DNA of 64,000 nucleotides. It comes from Phoronis australis. Lineage: Eukaryota; Animalia; Phoronida. The stretch covers positions 7,642-71,641 of the forward strand of contig NMRA01000350.1 of assembly GCA_002633005.1 (NCBI GenBank), given 5' to 3'. Position 1 is the stretch's first letter, and every line of letters begins with the position of its first letter. Under the pieces are notes generated by a model. That model saw only the letters and a program-made list of their open reading frames with translations, was not told the DNA's origin and did no database searches. Positions 1 to 10,481 of the stretch are shown here, piece after piece. The translations under genes and the position numbers were made by a program.

Positions 1-384
1 TACGTCACAGAGCGTAAATTTGATGAATCCTAGCTTCCGATTTTACCCGTTTGGGAAACCGGGTTTCAACTGCCGTACGCTCACTACAATAAGCGTCTCC
101 TCCCCGTGAAATGAATTTTTCTAAACGTTTGTTTGAGCCAATACAGTATACAGCTTTCCACCAAGGCTAGGTGATGCAAGACATTATTCTTTGTTGCATT
201 ATAGTAACTGGTCTTGGCTAATTATCATTTTATGGCCTGGTCATCCATTCAGCCAAATGTAGTTCCAGAGGTGGCTTATCAGCCAATTATTCACGCATGC
301 TGACTCACAGTAGAAGCCTGATAAGAGTGAAGGTGGATAAATGCCGTGTTCCTACAGTTTCTTGTTTTAGTGTTCAGGACATGT

Positions 385-552
385 ATTTGTATACTGAATG
401 CAGTGACATATCAATGAATGAGATGTGACTTAACTTTTATTTGTATACTGAATGTAGGGACACATCAGTGGATGAGATATGACTTAAGTTTTATTTGTAT
501 ACTGAATGTAGGGACACATCAGTGGATGAGATGTGACTTAACCTTTATTTCA
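385..552. repeat. 54-bp tandem repeat, ~3 copies (intronic)
   Basis: atttgtatactgaatg recurs at 385, 439 and 493; explains the 18-aa periodicity of ORF 418..711. Confidence 0.9.
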
Positions 553-904
553 TTTGACTGCTGCTCCAACATTATCGTTTCTAATAAAAGCTCAGCGTGT
601 TGTGCTCTGTTGAATGCAAGAAAAAGCATGATTCACTGTCATCATCTCAAAATACCAAATGTTGCCACTACAGGGTTGGGTGTAAATATAGTATGGTCTA
701 TGAGTGAATAAAACAGTTTTGCAAGTGTTGCTGACTTAAAATAAATTCATGAAATTCTGTAGATAAATAATGTTTTCGTCAAATGACACAAAATAAAACA
801 CTTGAAAATTGTGTTGTAGTTCTGTCAACTTCCTGAGTAGCTCCTTTGTATTTACTGTAATAGTTTTGTAACTAAATAGTGCATTCTCTCTCTGTTGGTT
901 ACAG

Positions 905-1114
905 CGACACCAGTTGGACGAAAGTATGGGCCAGCTCGACAAGCTGGCAAGGATACATTGTCTGGACGTTTTCAGAGCTGTTTGGCCAAGGCTTACTCAT
1001 CTGTCGCCAAGGTTACGTGGTCAGATGGCAAGAGTGGGTCTGGATTTCGTGTAGGAACGCGATACTTAATGACAAACTACCATGTAGTGCAAGAAGAACC
1101 AGCCACTACTCCTG
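905..1114 (+). CDS. FAM111A-like: FAM111-like trypsin-fold serine protease, internal exon with catalytic His (gene starts upstream of the window)
   Basis: Acceptor ttggttacag|, donor G|gtaag, phase 1/1. Encodes AYSSVAKVTWSDGKSGSGFRVGTRYLMTNYHVV (Trypsin_2/FAM111 N-terminal strands and TxxHV motif). Confidence 0.85.
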
Positions 1115-1164
1115 GTAAGTTTTGTAAACAGGGTCGAACTTATAGTTCTATATAAGAAGCAACT

Positions 1165-1480
1165 ACACTGGCCACTACACTTGGTTAGTTTAGTGCATAG
1201 GTAACTTAGTTGTATGTAAGAACCTCTGGCCACTGCACTTTGTTAACTTAGTTCTATGTAAGCACCACTGGCAGCTATACTTTGCTAGTGTGGTAAACAG
1301 TCTCAGTCATCTATGTAAGCACCACTGGCAGCTATACCTTGCTAGTTTGGTAGTCTCAGACTTAGTTCTATGTAAGCACCACAGGTCGCTATAACTTGCT
1401 AGTTTAGTTAACAATCTCAGTCTTAGGTGTATGTAAGCACCACAGGTCGCTATACATTGCTAGTTTAGTTAACTATAGGT
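1165..1480. repeat. Degenerate ~57-61-bp tandem repeat, ~5 copies
   Basis: tatgtaagcaccac(t/a)gg..gctatac..tgctagtt recurs at ~1256, 1312, 1369 and 1429. Confidence 0.8.
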
Positions 1481-1879
1481 GGTGCTATGTCAGAGGATAG
1501 TCATTTTATGTGCTGAATGCAATTTGTCTGGAAATAATCTAAGGCAAAGTTTGATTTACTCCTGTTGTAACCAGTCAGTTACAACTGTGTTCTGTGATTG
1601 AAGACAGCTTTAAATGAGGCTTTAGTTGTTGTGAAACAATGACTGAATTTTTCGGAGATGGCACTCAAGTTTAGCATCAAATTGCAAGTTAACTTTTTGT
1701 CAGGTCTGTTGCATGACTCTCAAGACAGGCATTTGGTCACGAAGCTGTACATGTTGTGAATAGGAGTTTTAGTCATTTTTGGAACCACTCTGACTTATTC
1801 AGGCTTTAAATTAATATCTGAATTATTTTGCTTGTTTTTGTGCTGCATATCACTGAAATATACCAGTTAAAGATGGATA

Positions 1880-2662
1880 CTACTTGATATTGTGCTATGT
1901 CCCACTGTTGAGGATGGAGCGTACTTGATATTGTGTTATATACCACTGTTAAGGATGGAGAGTACTTGATATTGTGCTAGATACCACTGTTGAGGATGGA
2001 GAGTACTTGATATTGTGATATATACCACTGTTGAGGATGGAGAGTACTTGATATTGTGATATATACCACTGTTGAGGATGGAGCGTACTTGATATTGTGT
2101 TATGTACCACTGTTAAGGATGGAGAGTACTTTATATTGTGCTAGATACCACTGTTGAGGATGGAGAGTATTTGATATTGTGATATATACCACTGTTGAGG
2201 ATGGAGAGTACTTGATATTGTGCTATATACCACTGTTGATAATGGAGAGTAGTTGATATTGTGCTAGATACCACTGTTAAGGATGGAGAGTATTTGATAT
2301 TGTGCTATATACCACTGTTGATAATGGAGAGTACTTGATATTGTGCTAGATACCACTGTTGAGGATGGAGAGTACTTGATATTGTGATACATACCACTGT
2401 TAAGGATGGAGAGTACTTGATATTGTGCTATATACCACTGTTAAGGATGGAGAGTTCTTGATATTGTGCTATATACTACTGTTGAGGAAGGAGAGTTCTT
2501 GATATTGTGCTACATACCACTGTTGAGGAAGAAGAGTTCTTGATATTGTGCTATACACTACTGTTGAGGAAGGAGAGTTCTTGATATTTTGCTATATACT
2601 TCTGTTGAGGAAGGAGAATTCTTGGTATTGTGCTATATACTACTGTTGAGGATGGAAAGTAC
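1880..2662. repeat. 41-bp minisatellite, ~19 copies
   Basis: Unit gtacttgatattgtgctatataccactgttgaggatggaga at 1921, 1962, 2003 etc.; head-to-tail with no spacers. Confidence 0.95.
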
Positions 2663-2692
2663 TAATTAAATTAATGGGCTTTTCTGTTTCAG

Positions 2693-2997
2693 CTGAGGTT
2701 TCACATCGGCAGACCCTGCGATCCTGCTTATTCAATTTTGATCGACCCTACCAGCGTGGAGATGAGAGAGACTACAAAGATTTTCAATTTACCCTACACC
2801 CCGTAGTTGCCTATGACCAGGAACTAGACTACGCCATTTTGGAGATGGATGTTGACTGTGCAAACCCACTGCCAGAACCACTAACTATGTTTAAGAAGAT
2901 AGTTGGTCATGAGAAGATCTTCTTTGCAGGTCATCCAGGTGGACAGGCGAAGTTGGTGGACCCTGGGTGTGAAGTTGTCCATAAGACTGTGGCACAG
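2693..2997 (+). CDS. FAM111A-like: FAM111-like protease, exon with catalytic Asp
   Basis: Acceptor tttctgtttcag|, donor CAG|gtatgt, phase 1/0. ELDYAILEM and FFAGHPGGQAKLVD resemble FAM111 LDYAVL and IGHPxGxxKxxD. Confidence 0.88.
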
Positions 2998-3813
2998 GTA
3001 TGTGGCAACAGTGAATGTACAGCAAACTGGGTGAATGAACTGAAAAGTTGTTAATGAAACCAAATTGCTTGATTTTCTACGATGCTTAAATTGATTCTTC
3101 AATTTGTAAATTCTGATTTGCTGTGTGGGTTACTAATTTCAATTTTGTTAGCAAACGACATACCGTTATAATATGAATAGAAAAGAACTAAACATTGTGT
3201 TATTCAATAACTTTTGTAATCATTTTATTCAGACTACAGAACATGACCTCGTAGAGACTTAATTGACAAAATGAGCACATTTTAAAAAAATAATGTGATT
3301 TGAAACTATAATTAATTTAATTGAATGCCAGTATTGAAAGTTTTGACATTTTCTAAACTTACACAGTCACATACACTTCGGTAGTGTGACACACTCAGCA
3401 TCTTTCCATTACATGGTTGTCACTTCTACTAGTAAGAACTGGCTGGTAGCCAATATAACAGTCAAAAATAGATCACAGAGCTTGACCAATGGTCCACCAT
3501 TGTTGTTATTACGGTGAATATGTATTCAAGCATATGTGATTTTATTCATTTCCAAACAATCCGTTTTCCATGCTGTTTCGCACGTGCCAAAGCTGATCTG
3601 CATTTTGTGATAAAAGTCGTGCTTCCCTTGAGGCTGTTTCAAATTAATTACTTGCACTTTCGTTTCAGTCAATCATTCAATTGTTATCAATGCAGAAATA
3701 TATGTCTGAATCGAATGTACAGTGTAGATACAGCCTAAATATGGGCGTATTGGATACATGTCACAGGTCAAATTTGACTAAAAACAAATCGACGGTGATG
3801 TCATTTTTTACAG

Positions 3814-4152
3814 TACCATGAAGCTGTCAACTGGTCCTTGGTGAACTTTAGAGTCGATGCATTCCCACGTTTCTTGGACCCCCGCAGGGTTCTTTATCAC
3901 GTGAGTGAGAAACTAATCGGAGGAAGTTCTGGATGTCCAGGACTGGTCAGCGATGGACAAGACAATGCTTGTGTAGCTGTGGTCAACACCTTCCAATTTC
4001 CTGATGTGCCTCAGCACTTAGTGGCTGCTGTCCATATCCCTGACGAATATATTGTGGAACAGGGTGTTCGCATCGAAGCCATCTATCGTGATTTGCATGA
4101 ACAAAATGCTCTTCTTTGTGACGACATATTTCCACATGGAATGCCCACCTGA
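3814..4152 (+). CDS. FAM111A-like: FAM111-like protease, terminal exon with catalytic Ser
   Basis: Acceptor catttttacag|, phase 0. VLYHVSEKLIGGSSGCPG (GxSGxP), then IVEQGVRIEAIYRDL resembling the FAM111 C-terminal IEFG..MESILLDI helix; stop TGA 4150-4152. Confidence 0.88.
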   Translation, partial: YHEAVNWSLVNFRVDAFPRFLDPRRVLYHVSEKLIGGSSGCPGLVSDGQDNACVAVVNTFQFPDVPQHLVAAVHIPDEYIVEQGVRIEAIYRDLHEQNALLCDDIFPHGMPT

Positions 4153-5329
4153 TGCGTTATCTGGTGGGTGAGTGTCAATCAGGTTAATGTGATGACATCA
4201 CTATACAATAATGCAGGTTGCCTGAAAAATATGCTGTATGTTGCATATTTTACTTGCATGCAGTTGATTTGATGTCAGTGATTTCCGGCACCGCTTAGGA
4301 AACTGTTCACCTCATTATAGTGGTATCAATTCTTGGAGCTTGAAACACAGTGGTAGCAATTGTTTATTGAGAGATGCTCTTGGGAATGGGAGACTGCTGT
4401 GTTATGGCTAATTTGTTTGTGTTGGTGTGTGCAGGTGTGTTTGTATGTGTGTGAAGTAAGTGTATTTACAGGAAACAGGTTTCAGTGATGTACTAAATAA
4501 GTTATGTACTTAAGACTCTAATAACATTCCTCAATTCCGATGAATATTGTAAACACATATAAAGCACTATGCTAGGACCATTCTGGATTACACTGTGAGA
4601 CTTGAATTATGCTGCGTTCATCAACAATGGAATGGCCATCAATCCGTAGTCTTGTTTTTGCCATTGGAGTTCTATGTTAGTATTTGTTGATGTCGTCGTA
4701 TTCTTTACTTGGATAAACCTGACAAACATCTGTGGATGCATGGTGTTAATTAAGTTTGATTTTTGACATGACCTGTGATAATGTACCTGACATTCCAAAA
4801 TGAGGCCAATGAAAACAACATACTTTCTTGTTACCTCCAGACCAAGGAGAGTTCTATTGCCGTGTAATCCAGGACAACTGGTTGGTTCTTGTGTAAGCCC
4901 TGGGCCATTTGTTGCACAGTTGATATGTGTCAGAGTGTGTATCTTTGGATGTTCATAGTTTAGCCTTGTATTCCCAAGTGTTGTGCTACATGATAAATAT
5001 GATTTCCAACCCCAACCAAACCGCTTAGGACATTGCTAAGTTAAAATGTCATCAATTTTGACAGACTTTTTCAAAACGGATTATTCTCCTGCAAAATGCA
5101 AACTTTACTGAGAAACACACTACAAGGCATCTCACCATTGAAGAAGGTGTGTGTCCCTGGACTGTTAAGTCTTAAGTTGTACATAACGGTTACATTGATG
5201 CATATTTATATCCACTGTCCTTCAATATACTTATAGCCAGGTGATCACTTGGTAGTACATAAGGCTCTGGTGTGCTACAATGAACTGTGTATCTGCATTC
5301 TCAATGTGGCTACTTTTGTCTGTATTTAT

Positions 5330-7140
5330 ATCAGCTTGAAGTGCCAGTGACAGGGTAATGTACATAGTGGAACCATGTGTAGTCATTACTATATGATAAA
5401 GCAAAACATGTACCACGCCTATTGCTTTCTGAGTGTGATTTATTATGCTTGAAATGTTCAATGTGTATGAAACTTGAAATGTTCCATTGTGTAATGTGAA
5501 CTTTGAAATAGATAGCTGTATGTTTGTAGCTTATCAAGTTTAGATTGAGGGTCTATGAAGTTTGAAATGGCATAGTGTATATTATGCAGTTTGAAATGTC
5601 ACCTAATTTGTGTGTGAAGCTTATGACATTATTATGAGGCTTGAAATGTCATGTTGTATACAGGAAACTCAGTTATGAAGTTTGAATTACTTTGGGCCTG
5701 TATTAGCAAGCTTGAAATGTTCTGCTGTGTGTGTGCGGAGCTTATAAACTTTACATTGTTCCAGTCTGTTTGAAGATTGAAATCCTGTAGTGTGTACTAT
5801 AAAGTTTGAAATGTAACCTTTTTGTGTGAAGCTTATGAGGTTAGAATTGCCTCAGGCCTGTGTTATAAAGCTTGACATGCCCTACTGTGTGTGTTAAGCT
5901 TGTGAAGTTTGAATTGCCCTAGGCATGCATTGTGGAGCTTGAAATGTATTATTGTGTGTGTTAAGCTTGTGAAGTTTGACTTGTCTTAGGCCTGTATTAT
6001 AAAGCTTGAAATGCCCTACTGTTTGTGTTAAGCTTGTGAAGTTTGAATTGCCCTAGGCATGTATTGTGGAGCTTGAAATGTATTATTGTGTGTGTTAAGC
6101 TTGTGAAGTTTGAATTGCCCTAGGCATGAATTATGGAGCTTGAAATGTATTATTGTGTGTGGGCCGCTTGTGAAGTTTGACTTGTCATAGGCCTGTATTA
6201 TGAAGTTTGAAATGTTGTATTGTGCATGTGTGTGGAAGCTTATACATTTTGAATTGCTTTAGGCATGTATTACGAAGCTTGAAATGTTCTATACATGTGT
6301 GTGGAAGCTTATGAGTTGAATTGCTTTGAGCTTCATTTTTAACGCTTGAAATGTGTTATTGTTTGTGGGAAGCTTATGAAGTTTGATTTGCCTTAGGCCT
6401 GTACTATGAAGCTTGAAATGTGTTGTTGTTTGTGGGAAGCTTATGAAGTTTGACTTGCCTTAGGCCTGTACTATGAAGCTTGAAAACTCCCATTGTGAGT
6501 GGGAAGCTTGTGAAGTTTGAATTGCCTTTGGCCTGTATTATGAAATTTGAAATATCTTATCATGCATTGGAAGCTTATGAAGTTTGAATTGGCCTAGGTA
6601 TGCATTAAGAAGCTTTTTATTGCAAATGGGAAGCTTATGGACTTTGAAATGCCATATTTATGTATCATGGAGTCTGAAATGTTCTATTATATGTGGAAAG
6701 CTTTATGAAGTTTGAAATGCCATATTTATTTATCATGGAGTCTGAAATGTCCTCTTATATGTGGAAAGCTTAATGAAGTTTGAAATGCCATATTTATGTA
6801 TCATGGAGTGTGAAATGTTCTCTTATATGTGGAAGGCTTCATGAAGTTTGAAATGCCATATTTATGTATCATGGAGTCTGAAACGTTCTCTTATATGTGG
6901 AAAGCTTAATGAAGTTTGAAATGCCATATTTATGTATCATTGAGTCTGAAATGTTCTCTTATATGTGGAAAGCTTAATGAAGTTTGAAATGCCTGTGTGA
7001 ATGAAGCTTGAATGCACATGTGTATAATATGAAGCTTAAAGCGACCTAGTTTGATGTGAAACTTATGAAGTTTGAAATCGTGCGGTGTGTGCAAAGTTTG
7101 AATCACCTTTACTAATAGTATGAAGCTAGGAAGCTTGATA
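5330..7140. repeat. Degenerate satellite of ~33-bp subunits forming ~66-68-bp dimers
   Basis: gaag(c/t)ttgaa(a/t)tg recurs throughout; homogeneous 68-bp units at 6707, 6775 and 6843. Confidence 0.85.
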
Positions 7141-8376
7141 TGTGCTAGGAGATATCTTTGTATGTAGCCCTTTATAATTCAGTCCAATGATTTGGGAAAA
7201 AGGAAGGCGAGCTATAGGACTAATTTACGTATATAGTTGTAATGTGTTTATAATTCTAACTAAAGTTATATCTTATGCTTAGTTCTATTTACCTTTCCTA
7301 TTTCAAGGTAAAGATTGTCTAAACTGTTTACCCAGCAGTCAGTGTATTGAGTCCTATGTAGTTTCATATCATGCAAGCTATGTAAATGATTTGCTCAAGT
7401 GCAGCATGAACAGTCAAGTGTAATGTGACTGCTGCACTTATACAGTGTGTCTGAAAACTATGCAAACTGTATTAGGAAAAATCGAAAAGAATGATATTGG
7501 AATTTAAAATTGAGTTACAGACGCAGATTGCAAAATTTGAATATTTGTTGAAATATTCCTCCATGTATTGCATGAAATGTTATGGCATATTCTTTATGGG
7601 GTTGTTACCACCTGGTGTAAGATGGCTCTCAATGCAGGAGTTTGTATATTATGTACCTTGAAAAGTTTTTTTCAAGCTGTGCATGATGGAGGGGGAGGGC
7701 AGCGTATGTGAGAACAAATCTGATTGGCTTGATTGTTCCATTGTATGACAAGTACCAACAAATCCACCAATCATCACCATTGCTGGACAACTATTGAATG
7801 AGCTGCCTAAAAATCGAGAATTTGTATGGTTGGTAGAGGAAGGATTGACTCGAAGCAAAGTTGCCAATATAAGGACTTTTTGTCTCATGAACCCTTTGGC
7901 AATACTTTGGAAAAGTGAGAAGTGGGCCGGTTATGAAAAAGTACATCAGAGTTGTTTTCTTGTCATATCTACCTTGTAGAAATGATCTTGCACACGCTCC
8001 TGAAGTGATGTGTCTAAGAACTCAGTGGTGTTGGCTAGTAACTGATACTTTAGGATTCTCCCTCCCTCTCACCTAAAATGCACTTTCTTAGTAATTAATG
8101 CTAATCTCATAGTTTTGTGCTTTGCACTTCTAAATTGTTTAATGTTTTGGGCTGTGGCCAATAACTGTGAAATCATAATGCCACTTGTATCAATCTTTGC
8201 TTAAACTCAATATCCTTACTTTTGTTGCCAACTATATTTCACAATATCATTAAAGTGTGTATTTTGATGAACTACGCAAATTATGCAATCATTAGAAATT
8301 AGCACGCCGATTGCTTTAGATGTGGTACATGAAATTATAGTCTCGAAGAACTTGCTTCAAATATTTTTTAATCTGT

Positions 8377-8382
8377 AATAAA
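8377..8382 (+). terminator. Candidate polyadenylation signal of the protease gene
   Basis: AATAAA near the end of the T/G-rich + strand region; it is the first canonical signal I noticed after the stop, which would imply a long 3'UTR. Confidence 0.3.
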
Positions 8383-8739
8383 TTTTATGCATGTATGGTC
8401 GACAATTGCAATATTTCCCTCCTTTATATAAACATAGGCGAGTGTCATTACATTGTAATTGCAGGTCCATGGTATTCTTACTAGCAGTTTGAATCTAGAG
8501 TCTAGCGAGAGTGTTCAGTGTTTTCATGTAAAATCAACAACAGAATGCAAATGACCCAGGCAATAATTCCATACTCTCGCCATATATGCCGAGTTAGAGT
8601 GTGCTCTTCAAAACTTTAAAAGTATAACGGGCCGTTTTTAAAACTCGCATGAAGATTATCAACGCATGTTAATCAATTGATAGTCCTAAAAATGCTCACG
8701 ACATCAAAAGTACATTGTATTGAACACGATTATTGCATG

Positions 8740-8745
8740 TTTATT
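8740..8745 (-). terminator. Candidate polyadenylation signal of the CARMA-like gene
   Basis: tttatt on + (AATAAA on -), preceded on the - strand by U-rich/UGUA-rich sequence; ~1.6 kb beyond the stop codon. Confidence 0.45.
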
Positions 8746-10377
8746 AAAATAGACACAGGGAAATATTACATGTACATAAACATTTGAAATATATTGGAAA
8801 AAACATGAAAAGATGTCATTTACAAAACTCAAGTGTACGTCACATTTTGTTATACACAAATGAATCCGTGAATATAAAAGACATTTGAATAAAAGTCTGA
8901 TCAGCCATGGTCAAATAAGTGTAAAATGTGCCTGGCCAACTATAATGAATATAAAAATACCTCATCTGCAAATGCTATGTGCAATAACACAGACACGATT
9001 GTTTAAACTTGAATTGCTTCCCCCTTTGAATGATACAAAATTTGCCTATCGTCTACTATATATTGTTTTGTGATGACGTATAATAAATATGGACCCCCCT
9101 ATCATACTTTCAAAAAATTCCTGGACATTTTTGGGATTCAGGTAACCAGGTGGGCAATTCAGCACTTAAAATTTTTACAAAATTTGTGTTAGGATTATTT
9201 CCAAATTCTGTATTGGGATTAATTGTTGTGTTATGACAACAGTTGCACTAATCATGTGCTCTGGCCGTGGAGTTGAGAAGGATGGGATTAACCAGTGAAA
9301 ATTATGAAGTGCTCAGTAATTTACAGAGCTCCTTAAATCTGGCCCATTTACTGTTTTTAATTCTGGCATTTTCATTTTTTTCGACTGGATCTAAAACGTC
9401 AATATGACATGACAAAATAAACGACCCAAATGGAAAGCAGTCAGCCACTCAATCTTACGATGACTTAAAATCAGTAATTACACAAGGGGACAGCAAAGAG
9501 GTTCAATGCAACAATACAAGACTGTGAACTGAGGATTGTGGGAATGATCAGGAAGGCTTTACAGATCTTAACCGATCTGGTAATGTCTTCATGAAAAGTC
9601 GTCCACATACATGGAAATATGGTATCACATAGTGTCCTGTGAAACCAACATACTGCCCAAGAGAATGTTGCGTTTAAAGAGCCCGAGTGCAGGCTTGAGG
9701 TGAACAGTAGTCAGATAGTTGCCTCACCAATTCAAGAAAAATTCTAATGGGAACTGGTGAAAATGAAAAGTCAGTCTATGGACTGAAGGTTGGTTTGTAG
9801 CAGTATTATACAGAATAGGAACTTAATACAACAGTCATCTGCAAATTATACAGAGCAGGTTCATTTAATTTACAGAACCACATTTCCACTAAACCAAATT
9901 AACTTTGCCTACGCAATATGTAATTAAACTGGTCTGTGTTCCAGGCTTTTTCATCCTAAGTAAAACATTAAGTATCGAAAAATAAATGCTACTTTGAAAT
10001 TATTCGTAAGTATTAAGCAACAAAATTGTAAAAATTACAACTAATCATAAAAATGCCGTGGAGCGCATGAGCAAAACACTTTTTCCACAAAAGCATCATT
10101 ATTATATAAACAATTGTAATACACCAAAACTTTGCGTCTGGCTGCACATGCAGGAACTATACCATGTCATTCAAGCTGCAAAGCTATCGTTTACGATATT
10201 TTCATCGATGACTGAAACTAGCTGTTACTGTTTGTAACCTCGTTATAAACAGCAATAAAAACACATTTAACTAAAATAATTTACACCTTCTCACAAGGTA
10301 CGCTACCATTAGGTTGGAAATCACATGAGGCGCTATGAAAATTAAATCATTTGATTATTGCTCCCTCTGGTGATCCA

Positions 10378-10481
10378 TCAGAAAGGTATTTTCGAAAGCG
10401 GCTCCCTATAACAGATCTGTACAATGTTCAGGAGTAAATCGTCCACTGTTCTTATCTCGACCGAGCCCAAATCTATGGCAT
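10378..10481 (-). CDS. CARMA-like exon 23 (GUK C-terminus, stop)
   Basis: Acceptor ttgtttacag|, phase 1; (D)AIDLGSVEIRTVDDLLLNIVQICYREPLSKIPF*. Confidence 0.75.

Noticed and set aside
1880-2662. CRISPR-like regular repeat
   Set aside because: Units are contiguous with no unique spacers, there are no cas genes, and the context is a eukaryotic intron; it is a minisatellite.
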